Positions 30,495 to 39,497 of a stretch of DNA of 64,000 nt are shown here, piece by piece. The translations under genes and the position numbers were made by a program. Each line of letters begins with the position of its first letter. Positions within the stretch are counted from its first letter, which is position 1. The notes under the pieces are model-generated. The model did no database searches and had not been told where the DNA came from. It saw nothing but the letters and a program-made list of their open reading frames with translations. This DNA comes from Gammaproteobacteria bacterium (GTDB taxonomy: Bacteria; Pseudomonadota; Gammaproteobacteria; Pseudomonadales; PIVM01): assembly GCA_003353945.1 (NCBI GenBank), contig PIVM01000002.1:5569-69568 (forward strand), in the 5' to 3' direction.

Positions 30495-31643
30495 ATGTCA
30501 GAAGCCTATATTGTAGATGCAGCGCGCTCACCAACCGGGCGTCGCAAAGGTGGTTTGGCCCATGTGCATGGTGCCGATCTGGGCGCTCATATCATTAAGG
30601 CCGTTGTTAAGCGTAATGCCATTCCTGATAACGAATACGACGATGTGATATTCGGTTGTGTTGATACTATCGGGCCATTGGCGGGTGATATCGCACGTAG
30701 CTGTTGGTTAGCTGCTGGTTTGAGCGAAGAAGTGCCGGGCACAACCATTGATCGTCAGTGTGGTTCCTCGCAACAATCCGTACATTTTGCAGCGCAAGCG
30801 GTGATGTCCGGTACGATGGATGTCGTTCTGGCTGGCGGTGTGCAGACCATGACGCAAATTCCGATCTCTTCTGCCATGACAGCGGCAGAACCTTTGGGTT
30901 TTACCGATCCGTTTTCCGGTTCAAAAGGGTGGGTTGCACGGTATGGCGCCGAGCCGCCAACTCAGTTCAAATCTGCACAAATGATTGCGGACAAATGGGG
31001 CATCAGCCGTGAAGAACTGGAAGTATTTTCTCTGGAATCGCATACGCGGGCTTTGCGCGCGATAGAAGAAGGGCGTTTCAAAAAGGAAATTATTCCGCTG
31101 GAAGGTGTTGAAACGGATGAAACACCGCGCAAGACTACGCTGGAAAAAATGGCCGGTCTTGATTATCTGTTTGGTTGTGACAAGGTAACAGCCGCAGTTT
31201 CATCACAAACCTGTGATGCTTCCAGTGCCGTACTGGTTGTCAGTGAGAGAGCTTTAAAGCGCTACAATTTAACGCCGCGTGCCCGTATTCATCATCTTAG
31301 TGTGCGAGCAGACGATCCGATCTGGATGCTGACCGCTCCCATTCCGGCCACGGCCTATGCCATGAAAAAAACCGGTATGACGCTGGACGATATAGATCTG
31401 GTGGAAATCAACGAAGCCTTTGCTTCTGTGCCCATGGCCTGGTTAAAAGAGACGGGTTACCCGCATGAAAAAACCAACGTCAATGGTGGAGCCATTGCAT
31501 TGGGTCATCCTTTGGGCGCGACAGGTACTAAATTGATGACAACCCTGTTGTGCGAACTAGAGCGCACGGGGGGTCGTTACGGCCTGCAAACCATGTGTGA
31601 AGGTGGTGGTCAGGCGAATGTAACGATTATTGAGAGACTATAA
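30495..31643 (+). CDS. fadA6: thiolase (acetyl-CoA C-acyltransferase), FadA6-like by context
   Basis: 382 aa. Active-site Cys block DRQCGSS, and C-terminal NGGAIALGHPLGATG and CEGGGQ. Confidence 0.65.
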   Translation: MSEAYIVDAARSPTGRRKGGLAHVHGADLGAHIIKAVVKRNAIPDNEYDDVIFGCVDTIGPLAGDIARSCWLAAGLSEEVPGTTIDRQCGSSQQSVHFAAQAVMSGTMDVVLAGGVQTMTQIPISSAMTAAEPLGFTDPFSGSKGWVARYGAEPPTQFKSAQMIADKWGISREELEVFSLESHTRALRAIEEGRFKKEIIPLEGVETDETPRKTTLEKMAGLDYLFGCDKVTAAVSSQTCDASSAVLVVSERALKRYNLTPRARIHHLSVRADDPIWMLTAPIPATAYAMKKTGMTLDDIDLVEINEAFASVPMAWLKETGYPHEKTNVNGGAIALGHPLGATGTKLMTTLLCELERTGGRYGLQTMCEGGGQANVTIIERL

Positions 31644-31681
31644 GTCGATCGGGCTTCGGTTGGTGCTCCCTGATCTTCGTT

Positions 31682-31742
31682 GAAAGTGGTTTTTGGATCG
31701 GTCATTTACTATCTGTAAACTCCTTCACCAAAAACCACTTTC
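31682..31742. repeat. hairpin element type A, copy 2 (15-bp perfect stem, 31-nt loop with the same conserved core)
   Basis: GAAAGTGGTTTTTGG [aTCGGTCATTTACTatcTGTAAACTCCttca] CCAAAAACCACTTTC. The flanks pair imperfectly over about 31650-31790. Confidence 0.7.
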
Positions 31743-31827
31743 GCCTCGTCAGGAAACAACAGCCAAACCCCTGAGTTTGATAGAAAGAACTAATGCTTAT
31801 TGATAAGAAAAGCGAGAGGAAACAAAC

Positions 31828-32712
31828 ATGGGAATTTTAGACAATCGCGTTGCAATTATTACCGGTGCCGGTGGTGGTCTTGGTGCTGCTCACGCTCGAG
31901 TATTGGCTTCTGAAGGCTGCGCTGTCATCGTAAACGATATTAATGAAGAAGCGGCACAAAAAGTCGTTGACGAAATTACCGCTGCTGGCGGAAAAGCAGC
32001 TGCAAACAACTCTGATATTACCAACTATGAAGACAGTGGCAGAGCCGTTAAGCAAGCCATTGATACCTTTGGTAGCCTGGATATCGTGCTGAACAACGCG
32101 GGTATTAACCGTGACCGCATGTTTGCGTCTATGACTGAGGCGGAATGGGATGCCATCATGGCCGTTCATTTGAAAGGTCACTTCTGTATCACCTCTAATG
32201 CTGTGCATTACTGGCGTGACCAGTCCAAAGCGGGTGAAAAAGTTGAAGCACGGATAATCAATACAACGTCCGGTGCTGGTTTGCAGGGTTCCATTGGTCA
32301 ATCCAATTATGCCGCAGCCAAGGCAGGTATTTGTGCATTGACATTGAATCAGGCCGCAGAGCTGGGTCGATACGGTATTACTGCTAACGCGATTGCGCCT
32401 GCAGCACGTACCGGTATGACCATGTCGGTTGATGCCATGGCCCAACGTATGGCCAAGCCAGAAGATGGCAGCTTTGATTACTGGGCACCCGAGAATGTTT
32501 CCAGCCTGCTAGCTTGGCTGGGCTCAACAGAAGCCTCCCATGTGACGGGTCGTGTGTTTGAAGCTGAAGGCGGTAAGATTTCCATTGCCGACGGTTGGCG
32601 ATCGACTGAAGGTGTTGATAAAGGCGATCATTGGGCGCCCGCTGAAGTGGGTGAGGCAATGAAACAATTGCTGGAGAAAGAAGTGTCGGCACAAAAAGTT
32701 TATGGTACTTAA
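31828..32712 (+). CDS. short-chain dehydrogenase/reductase, MFE-2/17-beta-HSD4-like dehydrogenase domain
   Basis: 294 aa. TGAGGGLG, NNAG and YAAAKAG motifs. Its size and type recall the roughly 300-aa SDR of the mycobacterial KstR2 regulon (from memory). Confidence 0.7.
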   Translation: MGILDNRVAIITGAGGGLGAAHARVLASEGCAVIVNDINEEAAQKVVDEITAAGGKAAANNSDITNYEDSGRAVKQAIDTFGSLDIVLNNAGINRDRMFASMTEAEWDAIMAVHLKGHFCITSNAVHYWRDQSKAGEKVEARIINTTSGAGLQGSIGQSNYAAAKAGICALTLNQAAELGRYGITANAIAPAARTGMTMSVDAMAQRMAKPEDGSFDYWAPENVSSLLAWLGSTEASHVTGRVFEAEGGKISIADGWRSTEGVDKGDHWAPAEVGEAMKQLLEKEVSAQKVYGT

Positions 32713-32779
32713 TTTTTACATCTGCGCCCCGCTCTCCCTTTGGGAGAGGCGGTTCGGCGCCCCGATTGGGGTGAGGCCT

Positions 32780-34390
32780 TTACGCTCGCCTTTCTCGATC
32801 TTCCTGATATAAAAAAACCAAATCAAGCTGTTGTGCCAGTGCGTTCATTAGTTCGTTTTCCCGATAGGGTTTGCGCAGAAACGTATCAATACCCAGTGCA
32901 AGAATTTTTTGTCTATCCTCTTCAAAGGCGCTTGCGCTGACAGCGATAATGGGAGTGTTGCGCGTTTCGTTTGCAATGGATCTAATAATGCTGACAAGTT
33001 CATAGCCGTTCATTATTGGCATCTGCATATCCGTGATTATCAAGTCAGGATGCCATTGATAAAAAATCTCCAGTGCCTCTTTACCGTTGCAGGCCTCTTT
33101 TATGTCGATGTCCAGAGGCATTAGCATGCGTTTTAGGATCATCCGATTTGTTTGAATATCATCGGTAATCAAAAGTCGATAACGGGGGTGTCCGGGTGTC
33201 AATCCGATAACCCTGGCATTTTTGTTAGTTGTGTGTGATAACGGCTTTTGATTGGATAATTCACAAATGGTGGTTACTTTGAATGCTGTGCCTTTACCGA
33301 GACAGCTATTTACGCTGATATCGCCACCCATCAACTGGGCATATTGCCGGCTGATAGCCAAACCAAGTCCTGTACCCTGCTCAGAGTCACGACCGCTTTG
33401 CGTTTGTTCGAAACTTTTAAACACTTGTGTGATTTCATGGTCTGCAATGCCTACGCCGGTATCTTCAACGATAATGTTGAGTTTGGCCTGTTTGCTCAGT
33501 GTGGTATCGAGGTGATTTGATAGTTTTGCACTGATGCGGATGGAACCCTGATCGGTAAACTTTAACGCGTTGCTTAACAGGTTAATCAAAATCTGTTTTA
33601 GTTTGCTTCTATCTGCAACAATAGGTTGATTGAGCTGTTCATTGCGCTCAATGATAAATTGCAGGTTCTTGTCTTTGGCGGGTAAACGAAACATCGTATC
33701 GATTTCTCGGATTAATTCATTGAGATTCATTACGACGGGTTGAATATTGATATGCCCCGATTCTATTTTTGACATTTCTAGCACATCATTAATCAATGCC
33801 AGCAGGTGTTCGCCGCTATTTGCGATCGTTTCAAGATCGCCCTTTTCCTGTTCGGACAGGTTTTCACTGTACTGAAGCAATTCGGCAAAGCCTAAAATTG
33901 CATTCATTGGTGTACGAATTTCATGACTTACTGAGGAGAGAAAACGGCTCTTGGCCTGGCTAAGAGCCTTTAGTTCAGTGTTAGCTTTTTCAAGATCTGC
34001 ATTTTGCTTTTCCAATTTAAGGTGTAGCTTAACTCTTGAAATCAGTTCTTGAGCTTGAAAGGGTTTGGAAATGTAGTCAACGCCGCCATGTTCAAAGGCC
34101 TTGGTCTTAACGTCGATATCCTGATGGGCGCTTATGAATATAATGGGTAGACGTCTTAGTTCGGGTAAATTTTGAATCTGTTTGGCAAGTTCATAACCGT
34201 CCATCCCTGGCATATTGATATCCAGCAACAAAAGGTCGGGTGGTTCAATTTTAATTGAACGTAACGCGAGTTTTCCTGAAAGAAATGGTCTGACAAGATA
34301 GTTGTTCTCCGTCAAAATCTGGGTGAGTAATTTTGTGTCTTCCACCAGATCATCAACGACCATGATATTAGATTTGTTATTTTTTGCCAT
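32780..34390 (-). CDS. hybrid histidine kinase, REC-HisKA-HATPase_c-REC, no transmembrane or sensor domain
   Basis: N-terminal receiver (IMVVDD...LLLLDINMPGMDG...KPF), H-box SHEIRTPMNAILGF, G-box GTGLGLAISRQ, and C-terminal receiver (LITDMQMPIMNG). Confidence 0.85.
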   Translation of the reverse strand: MAKNNKSNIMVVDDLVEDTKLLTQILTENNYLVRPFLSGKLALRSIKIEPPDLLLLDINMPGMDGYELAKQIQNLPELRRLPIIFISAHQDIDVKTKAFEHGGVDYISKPFQAQELISRVKLHLKLEKQNADLEKANTELKALSQAKSRFLSSVSHEIRTPMNAILGFAELLQYSENLSEQEKGDLETIANSGEHLLALINDVLEMSKIESGHINIQPVVMNLNELIREIDTMFRLPAKDKNLQFIIERNEQLNQPIVADRSKLKQILINLLSNALKFTDQGSIRISAKLSNHLDTTLSKQAKLNIIVEDTGVGIADHEITQVFKSFEQTQSGRDSEQGTGLGLAISRQYAQLMGGDISVNSCLGKGTAFKVTTICELSNQKPLSHTTNKNARVIGLTPGHPRYRLLITDDIQTNRMILKRMLMPLDIDIKEACNGKEALEIFYQWHPDLIITDMQMPIMNGYELVSIIRSIANETRNTPIIAVSASAFEEDRQKILALGIDTFLRKPYRENELMNALAQQLDLVFLYQEDRERRA

Positions 34391-34819
34391 TGAGTCGATC
34401 CGAATGCATCGATTTGTCGTGAAATTCTAGCTAAAGCATAGCTTAAGGGGCGAGGAAATTAAACATTATCCCGTCTTCCATGTCTTTTATCTCAACGTCT
34501 GAACGTCGCATCGATATTTAAGATCTAAGGGCCGTGAAAATAAAACATTGCCCACCTTGGGGATTTTTTGGCACAGCTTCTGCGTTGTATCAAGCCCGCT
34601 ACGCCTCTTGATACGCCTTGAAACTGAACAAAAATTCATAATTGAGGCGCAGTTAGTAAACAGGCGTTTTCTGGGTTTAAGGAACTGCGGTATTCAAAGA
34701 GGTCTGGAATGTGGCAACAATAATATACGAAAAGCAAATTATTTATTAGCTACAATAAAAACAGTTGTTGTAAAACTGGAGATAAATCAAGAGGATTGGA
34801 AAAGGTCTTTCACTAGGTA

Positions 34820-36634
34820 ATGATCATAGACTATTCTTGGGAGACTTATTTTGTGAGAAGAAAGACAATAATAGTGAAAGACGAATGGGAAAATCAGACA
34901 GCCACTCTTATGGTAGTGGACGATACACGCGAAAATTTGCAATTGCTGGACACAGTGTTGTCCGAAAATGGGTATCGCGTATTAACATTTTTGTCTGCTG
35001 TAAAAGCCTTGAGATCACTTGAGTTGGCTTTACCTGACTTGCTGCTCTTGGATATCAATATGCCAGAGATGGATGGTTATGAGTTAGCGTCAAAGGTCAA
35101 ATTATTGCACGGTAGTGATGACCTGCCCATTATCTTTGTCAGTGCCTACCATGATGTCGAAATGAAGGCCAAGGGCTTTGAGCGTGGTGGTGTGGATTAC
35201 ATCACCAAACCATTTCAGCATCAGGAGTTGTTGGCCAGAGTCGCGGTTCATATCAAGATGCAACGGCTGCAAAAACAGCTACACAAAAAAAATGAACAGC
35301 TGATAACAAATAATCAGTTGCTCGAAAGCACAAACATGCGCTTTGCTCGATTGAACGAGCAGCTTGAAAAGGTCAATGCAGAGTTGGATGGTGTAAACCA
35401 AGCGAAAAGCCGTTTTTTATCGATGATGAGTCATGAAATCCGTACACCCATGAGTGGTGTGATGGGGATGGTGGAGCTGCTACGGGATACCACACTGAAT
35501 GCAACGCAGCAGCACTACACTGAAGTGATACAACATTGTGGAGTGGGCTTGTTGAATGTGTTGGACGATATTCTGGACATATCCAAGGTTCAGGCGGGGA
35601 AATTGGCGATAGAGAAGATTGACATCGATCTGACAAAGCTGGTCGATGACTGTGCGGATCTTTATGCCTCCAAAACAATCTTAAGTGGAGTGCAGTTGCT
35701 GGCTGATATGAGCGCCCTAAGCTTTACGCACGTCAAAGGTGATCCAAACCGAATACGGCAAGTCATCATCAACCTGCTCAGTAATGCGTTTAAGTTTACT
35801 AAGGAAGGCTCTATTTCATTGGTGCTTACCGCACGTAATGGTATTACGCGTATTGAAGTAAAAGACAGTGGTATCGGCATAAGACCTGAACAGCAGAGCA
35901 TACTATTCGATCCCTATAGCCAGGCAGAAAAATCCACGGCACGACAATTTGGGGGTACGGGCTTGGGGCTGACAATCTGCAAAGAGTTGGTTGAGTTGAT
36001 GGGGGGCGAAATTGGTGTCGATAGTGAGCAAGGGGAAGGTAGTTGTTTTTGGTTCACTTTGCCCTTGGAGCAGCTTGAAGCTCCAGTACAAGAAGCTGAT
36101 GCATTGGGCGATAAAAACAGACGACCAGCCTATTTGAACTCTGATGTTGAAATGCCCAAAGAGCAGAAAATCAACTTCCAGCCAGCAGTTGTTGATGAGC
36201 AAGTAGCGGGTACGCAAGAGACAAGAGCTAAGTGGCAGAATTATTCAAATGCCAAGGTGTTGGTTGCAGAAGATAATGATGTCAATCAGTTGGTCATACA
36301 GGGGTTGCTAGCCAAGTTTGGTATCACTCCAACGTGTGTGTTCAACGGCAGTGAAGCGCTTGAGAACTACAGAAGTTCAGTTGGTGGAGGAGATCAATAC
36401 GCACTGATACTGATGGATTGCGAAATGCCGGTATTGGATGGTTTTCTTGCAACCGAACAACTACGTGAATGGGAAAAGCAGCAAGGTATTTCGTCTGTTC
36501 CCATTGTTGCTCTTAGTGCCCATGTGTTGGAAGAGCAACGGCAGCAGGCCAGGCTTTGTGGTATGAATGATTATTTGAATAAACCGATTGAAGTTGGTCG
36601 AATAGCCGAGATTTTGAACAAGTATTTAAGCTGA
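34820..36634 (+). CDS. hybrid histidine kinase, REC-HisKA-HATPase_c-REC (paralogue of 32780..34390)
   Basis: LMVVDD...LLLLDINMPEMDG, H-box SHEIRTPMSGVMGM, GTGLGLTICKE, and C-terminal receiver ILMDCEMPVLDG. The start is uncertain (ATG 34820, or GTG 34853/34874). Confidence 0.85.
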   Translation: MIIDYSWETYFVRRKTIIVKDEWENQTATLMVVDDTRENLQLLDTVLSENGYRVLTFLSAVKALRSLELALPDLLLLDINMPEMDGYELASKVKLLHGSDDLPIIFVSAYHDVEMKAKGFERGGVDYITKPFQHQELLARVAVHIKMQRLQKQLHKKNEQLITNNQLLESTNMRFARLNEQLEKVNAELDGVNQAKSRFLSMMSHEIRTPMSGVMGMVELLRDTTLNATQQHYTEVIQHCGVGLLNVLDDILDISKVQAGKLAIEKIDIDLTKLVDDCADLYASKTILSGVQLLADMSALSFTHVKGDPNRIRQVIINLLSNAFKFTKEGSISLVLTARNGITRIEVKDSGIGIRPEQQSILFDPYSQAEKSTARQFGGTGLGLTICKELVELMGGEIGVDSEQGEGSCFWFTLPLEQLEAPVQEADALGDKNRRPAYLNSDVEMPKEQKINFQPAVVDEQVAGTQETRAKWQNYSNAKVLVAEDNDVNQLVIQGLLAKFGITPTCVFNGSEALENYRSSVGGGDQYALILMDCEMPVLDGFLATEQLREWEKQQGISSVPIVALSAHVLEEQRQQARLCGMNDYLNKPIEVGRIAEILNKYLS

Positions 36635-36939
36635 AGGCATTATTAATGTAACACGCAGTAATACGCAAAGACGGGGGCCATTTTACTTCATTTTCAAAAT
36701 CCCGTTCTAATTCAGGGTTAGTGATCATCCCTAAATTCACTGCAAGTATTCCCGTTTTTCTGAGGAGAAGGCTATGCTCGATCATAGCTTTTGCGGAATG
36801 CAATATTCGAAGAGAAAGAAAAATCATAAAAAGGCGCTAAGCTGAACTACTGTCCGATTGTTGATAATCTTCACTTTCTATCATATTGTAGTAGATAGTA
36901 TTACTGTTGCCATGTCTTTCAGCTTAATCCTATCAGGGG

Positions 36940-39093
36940 ATGATAATGTTTATAGTTGACAATTGGAGTAAAGTAATAGTATCAGGTTTTGTGCTTTCGA
37001 TGTCTTTTTCAGCAGTGACGCAGGCGCAAGGCGAGCAAGTAACGGATGTGTTGGAAGAGGTGATTGTCACCGCCACCAAAATCGGTCCCACCGATTTGCA
37101 GAAAACCCCCATATCTATCACCGCAATATCCAGTGATGAGCTTGAGTTGTCAGGTATCAGTAATCTGAAGGACATTTCGCTACTTGCACCCGGTATTACG
37201 ATCAATCAAAACAACAGTTATGGGCAGCTGTATATCCGGGGCATCGGAACCAATAATGTGTTTACCGGAGGAGATCCCAGTTCGACGATTCACCTTGATG
37301 GTGTTTATCTTTCCCGTCCCTTCACCGTATTCAGTGAGTTTTTAGAACTGGAACGAGTAGAGATTTTGCGTGGTCCCCAGGGGACTCTTTATGGGCGCAA
37401 CTCAACCGGTGGCACTATCAATCTGATCACGCAGAAACCCAGTCAGGCGTTTTCAGCTAAAGGTATACTTGAGTTGGGTAACTACGGCAAGCAGCGAGTA
37501 ACAGGCGTTATCAACGGAGCCCTTGGTAGTGATCAGCTGAGTGGTAATTTGGCGTTCTCTGTTTCTAAGCGTGATGGTTATGTTGATAACCAAAATGCCA
37601 GCGGAAAATCGGAATTGAACGATGAAGATCGGCGAAGTGTAAGAACTGCTTTGCGTTTTTCACCTGCTGACACTTTGACGATTGATGTGGCGGCGGATTA
37701 CTTTGAACGAGACGAGTTACCACCGCAATACAAGCCAACGGGTGAAGAGGCTGAAGGAAAGCCCCCTGCAATTGCTACACAGCGCATTGATGATTTCTGG
37801 ACTGTGAATATCCCCACTGTTCCCAAGCTGGATGAGCAAGGAAAGGGCGTTAATGTAACCATCGCCTGGCAGCTGAGCGCAAATTCGCAGCTTTTGTCGA
37901 TCACTGGTTATCGGGAGCATGAGTCCGAAGTGTTTATTGATACTGATTACTCTGAGCTGAGTCTCCTTACGATTCAGTCTGATGAGGTGCAGGATCAAAT
38001 CTCACAGGAAATTCAATACCACTACCAAAATGATTCGCTCTCGTTAGTATCCGGTCTTTATTTTTATGATGAAACGGATGAGGCATTAACGAGCATTACG
38101 CTACTACTCATTCCTGTAAATCCGTCACCAAGAAATATTGTTGGTAGCGAGGTTGATACCACAGCTTCGGCTATTTATGCTGATCTGGGATGGCAGTTGA
38201 ACGAGCAAATTGAACTGATGGTAGGAGGGCGATATAGTCGAGAGGAGAAAAAATATCAGGGTAGTTTGAATAATGAGGCAGCACCACCGGCTAGGACAGT
38301 CGATGATAAAGAAAGCTGGACCGATTTTTCGCCTAAGCTAGGCGTTACGTATACACCTTTTGACTCTATCCTTTACTACGGAACCATTACGCAAGGATTT
38401 AAGAGTGGTGGATTTAACTTCACCGATGGCAAAGATTTTGAGCCGGAAGATATTACGGCTTATGAGGTGGGTATAAAATCTGAATTTCCTGCACAGAGAA
38501 TACGTCTGAATGGTTCGTTATTTTTTTACGATTACACCGACTTGCAAGTGCTTTCATTTGTTGCGGCGGGTGAGGCAATAGAAACCACCAATGCCTCCGA
38601 TGCAGAGGTGAAAGGCATTGAGTTAGAACTGCTGGCCAATATCACTGATTATTGGCGGGTCAGTGCGGCACTTACGCATCTAAGTACCGAATACAAGGAC
38701 TATACGGCAAAGCGTGCGGCTGCATTACCGAATATTGATGTCTCAGGAAATGCCTTCAATTCGGCGCCTGAAAACACAGTATCTCTGGTCACTGATTTTA
38801 GACAACCCATTGCAAATGGTAGTTTGTTGTATCGTTTGGAATACTATTGGCAAGACAAAATTTACTTCACGGCATTTAACGACAAGCTGACCAGTCAAGA
38901 TGCTTACGGCCTAGTGAATGCCAATATTAGTTTTAATTCGGCTGATGACGTCTGGCAGCTTCAGTTGTACGGGAAAAACTTGACTGACAAAGAGTACAGT
39001 AACTCAGGATTGGATTTTCCGCCTACCGGCGTAGCGCTTAATATTAATCCACCGCGCACCTTTGGCGTGAAAGGCACTTATTACTTCAAGTAA
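36940..39093 (+). CDS. TonB-dependent outer-membrane receptor
   Basis: 717 aa. Signal peptide ending AVTQAQG, plug-domain blocks EEVIVTATK and VEILRGPQGTLYGRNSTGGTINLIT, and a beta-barrel-length C-terminus ending TFGVKGTYYFK. Confidence 0.88.
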   Translation: MIMFIVDNWSKVIVSGFVLSMSFSAVTQAQGEQVTDVLEEVIVTATKIGPTDLQKTPISITAISSDELELSGISNLKDISLLAPGITINQNNSYGQLYIRGIGTNNVFTGGDPSSTIHLDGVYLSRPFTVFSEFLELERVEILRGPQGTLYGRNSTGGTINLITQKPSQAFSAKGILELGNYGKQRVTGVINGALGSDQLSGNLAFSVSKRDGYVDNQNASGKSELNDEDRRSVRTALRFSPADTLTIDVAADYFERDELPPQYKPTGEEAEGKPPAIATQRIDDFWTVNIPTVPKLDEQGKGVNVTIAWQLSANSQLLSITGYREHESEVFIDTDYSELSLLTIQSDEVQDQISQEIQYHYQNDSLSLVSGLYFYDETDEALTSITLLLIPVNPSPRNIVGSEVDTTASAIYADLGWQLNEQIELMVGGRYSREEKKYQGSLNNEAAPPARTVDDKESWTDFSPKLGVTYTPFDSILYYGTITQGFKSGGFNFTDGKDFEPEDITAYEVGIKSEFPAQRIRLNGSLFFYDYTDLQVLSFVAAGEAIETTNASDAEVKGIELELLANITDYWRVSAALTHLSTEYKDYTAKRAAALPNIDVSGNAFNSAPENTVSLVTDFRQPIANGSLLYRLEYYWQDKIYFTAFNDKLTSQDAYGLVNANISFNSADDVWQLQLYGKNLTDKEYSNSGLDFPPTGVALNINPPRTFGVKGTYYFK

Positions 39094-39369
39094 AATGCAT
39101 TTTGCTTTACCGCACATTCCCACGCCTTGCTGATTAAAAGATGATCTTTTTGACGAATTCTTAGGTTGCAGTAATCCGTAGGTACCTGCTCTAAAATCAC
39201 ATTAACCACTGGTCACCGGCGAAAAGATTGAAAACCTTGTGCTTCTGGTTGGAAACTAACCAGGGCATATTGCCAAGATATAACCAGATAAAGACCGCTT
39301 TCTTCTCTGTGGTGGGCAGTGGTTTACGTAAAGCATTGACATAAATCCTCTGTCCTCAACATGCTAATA

Positions 39370-39405
39370 CGCGAGATTTGCCTCTTTAAGTGGTATAATC
39401 TCGCG
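39370..39405 (+). promoter_or_regulatory. 9-bp inverted repeat bracketing an extended -10-like TGGTATAAT (candidate promoter/operator; alternatively a weak terminator)
   Basis: CGCGAGATT-N18-AATCTCGCG. TGGTATAAT lies at 39391-39399, 99 nt upstream of the ACAD start at 39498. The repeat is followed by CTTTTATTATTT. Confidence 0.35.
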
Positions 39406-39497
39406 CTTTTATTATTTACAATCTGACGGATTTTTACCCATTAGGCCTTAACGCTTGCCTGTTGGGTCTTCATACAAACTGAGCGAGGGTGTTCTCT

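Noticed and set aside
30245-30496. ORFs 30245..30496, 30273..30473 (-) and 32740..32940 (+) in island spacers
   Set aside because: They consist of translated REP-like GC-rich palindromes (the PLSLWGGKAGVG type) and overlap gene ends. They are not coding.
31837-32445. Long antisense ORFs inside confident genes (for example 31837..32445, 56300..57052, 41469..42035, 39441..39938, 17970..18431, 29339..29794, 10389..10712)
   Set aside because: These are shadow ORFs on the strand opposite well-supported genes. Their products are low-complexity or Arg/Ser/Cys/His-rich with no start context.
34548-34820. 90-aa ORF in the spacer between the divergent hybrid kinases
   Set aside because: The region is AT-rich and promoter-like. 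The ORF has no RBS and its composition is atypical for coding sequence. It ends exactly at the kinase start, which suggests read-through of non-coding sequence.
36635-36939. Riboswitch (for example cobalamin or TPP) in front of the TonB-dependent receptor
   Set aside because: I could not find a B12-box or any other riboswitch core motif by eye. Only a simple hairpin is present.
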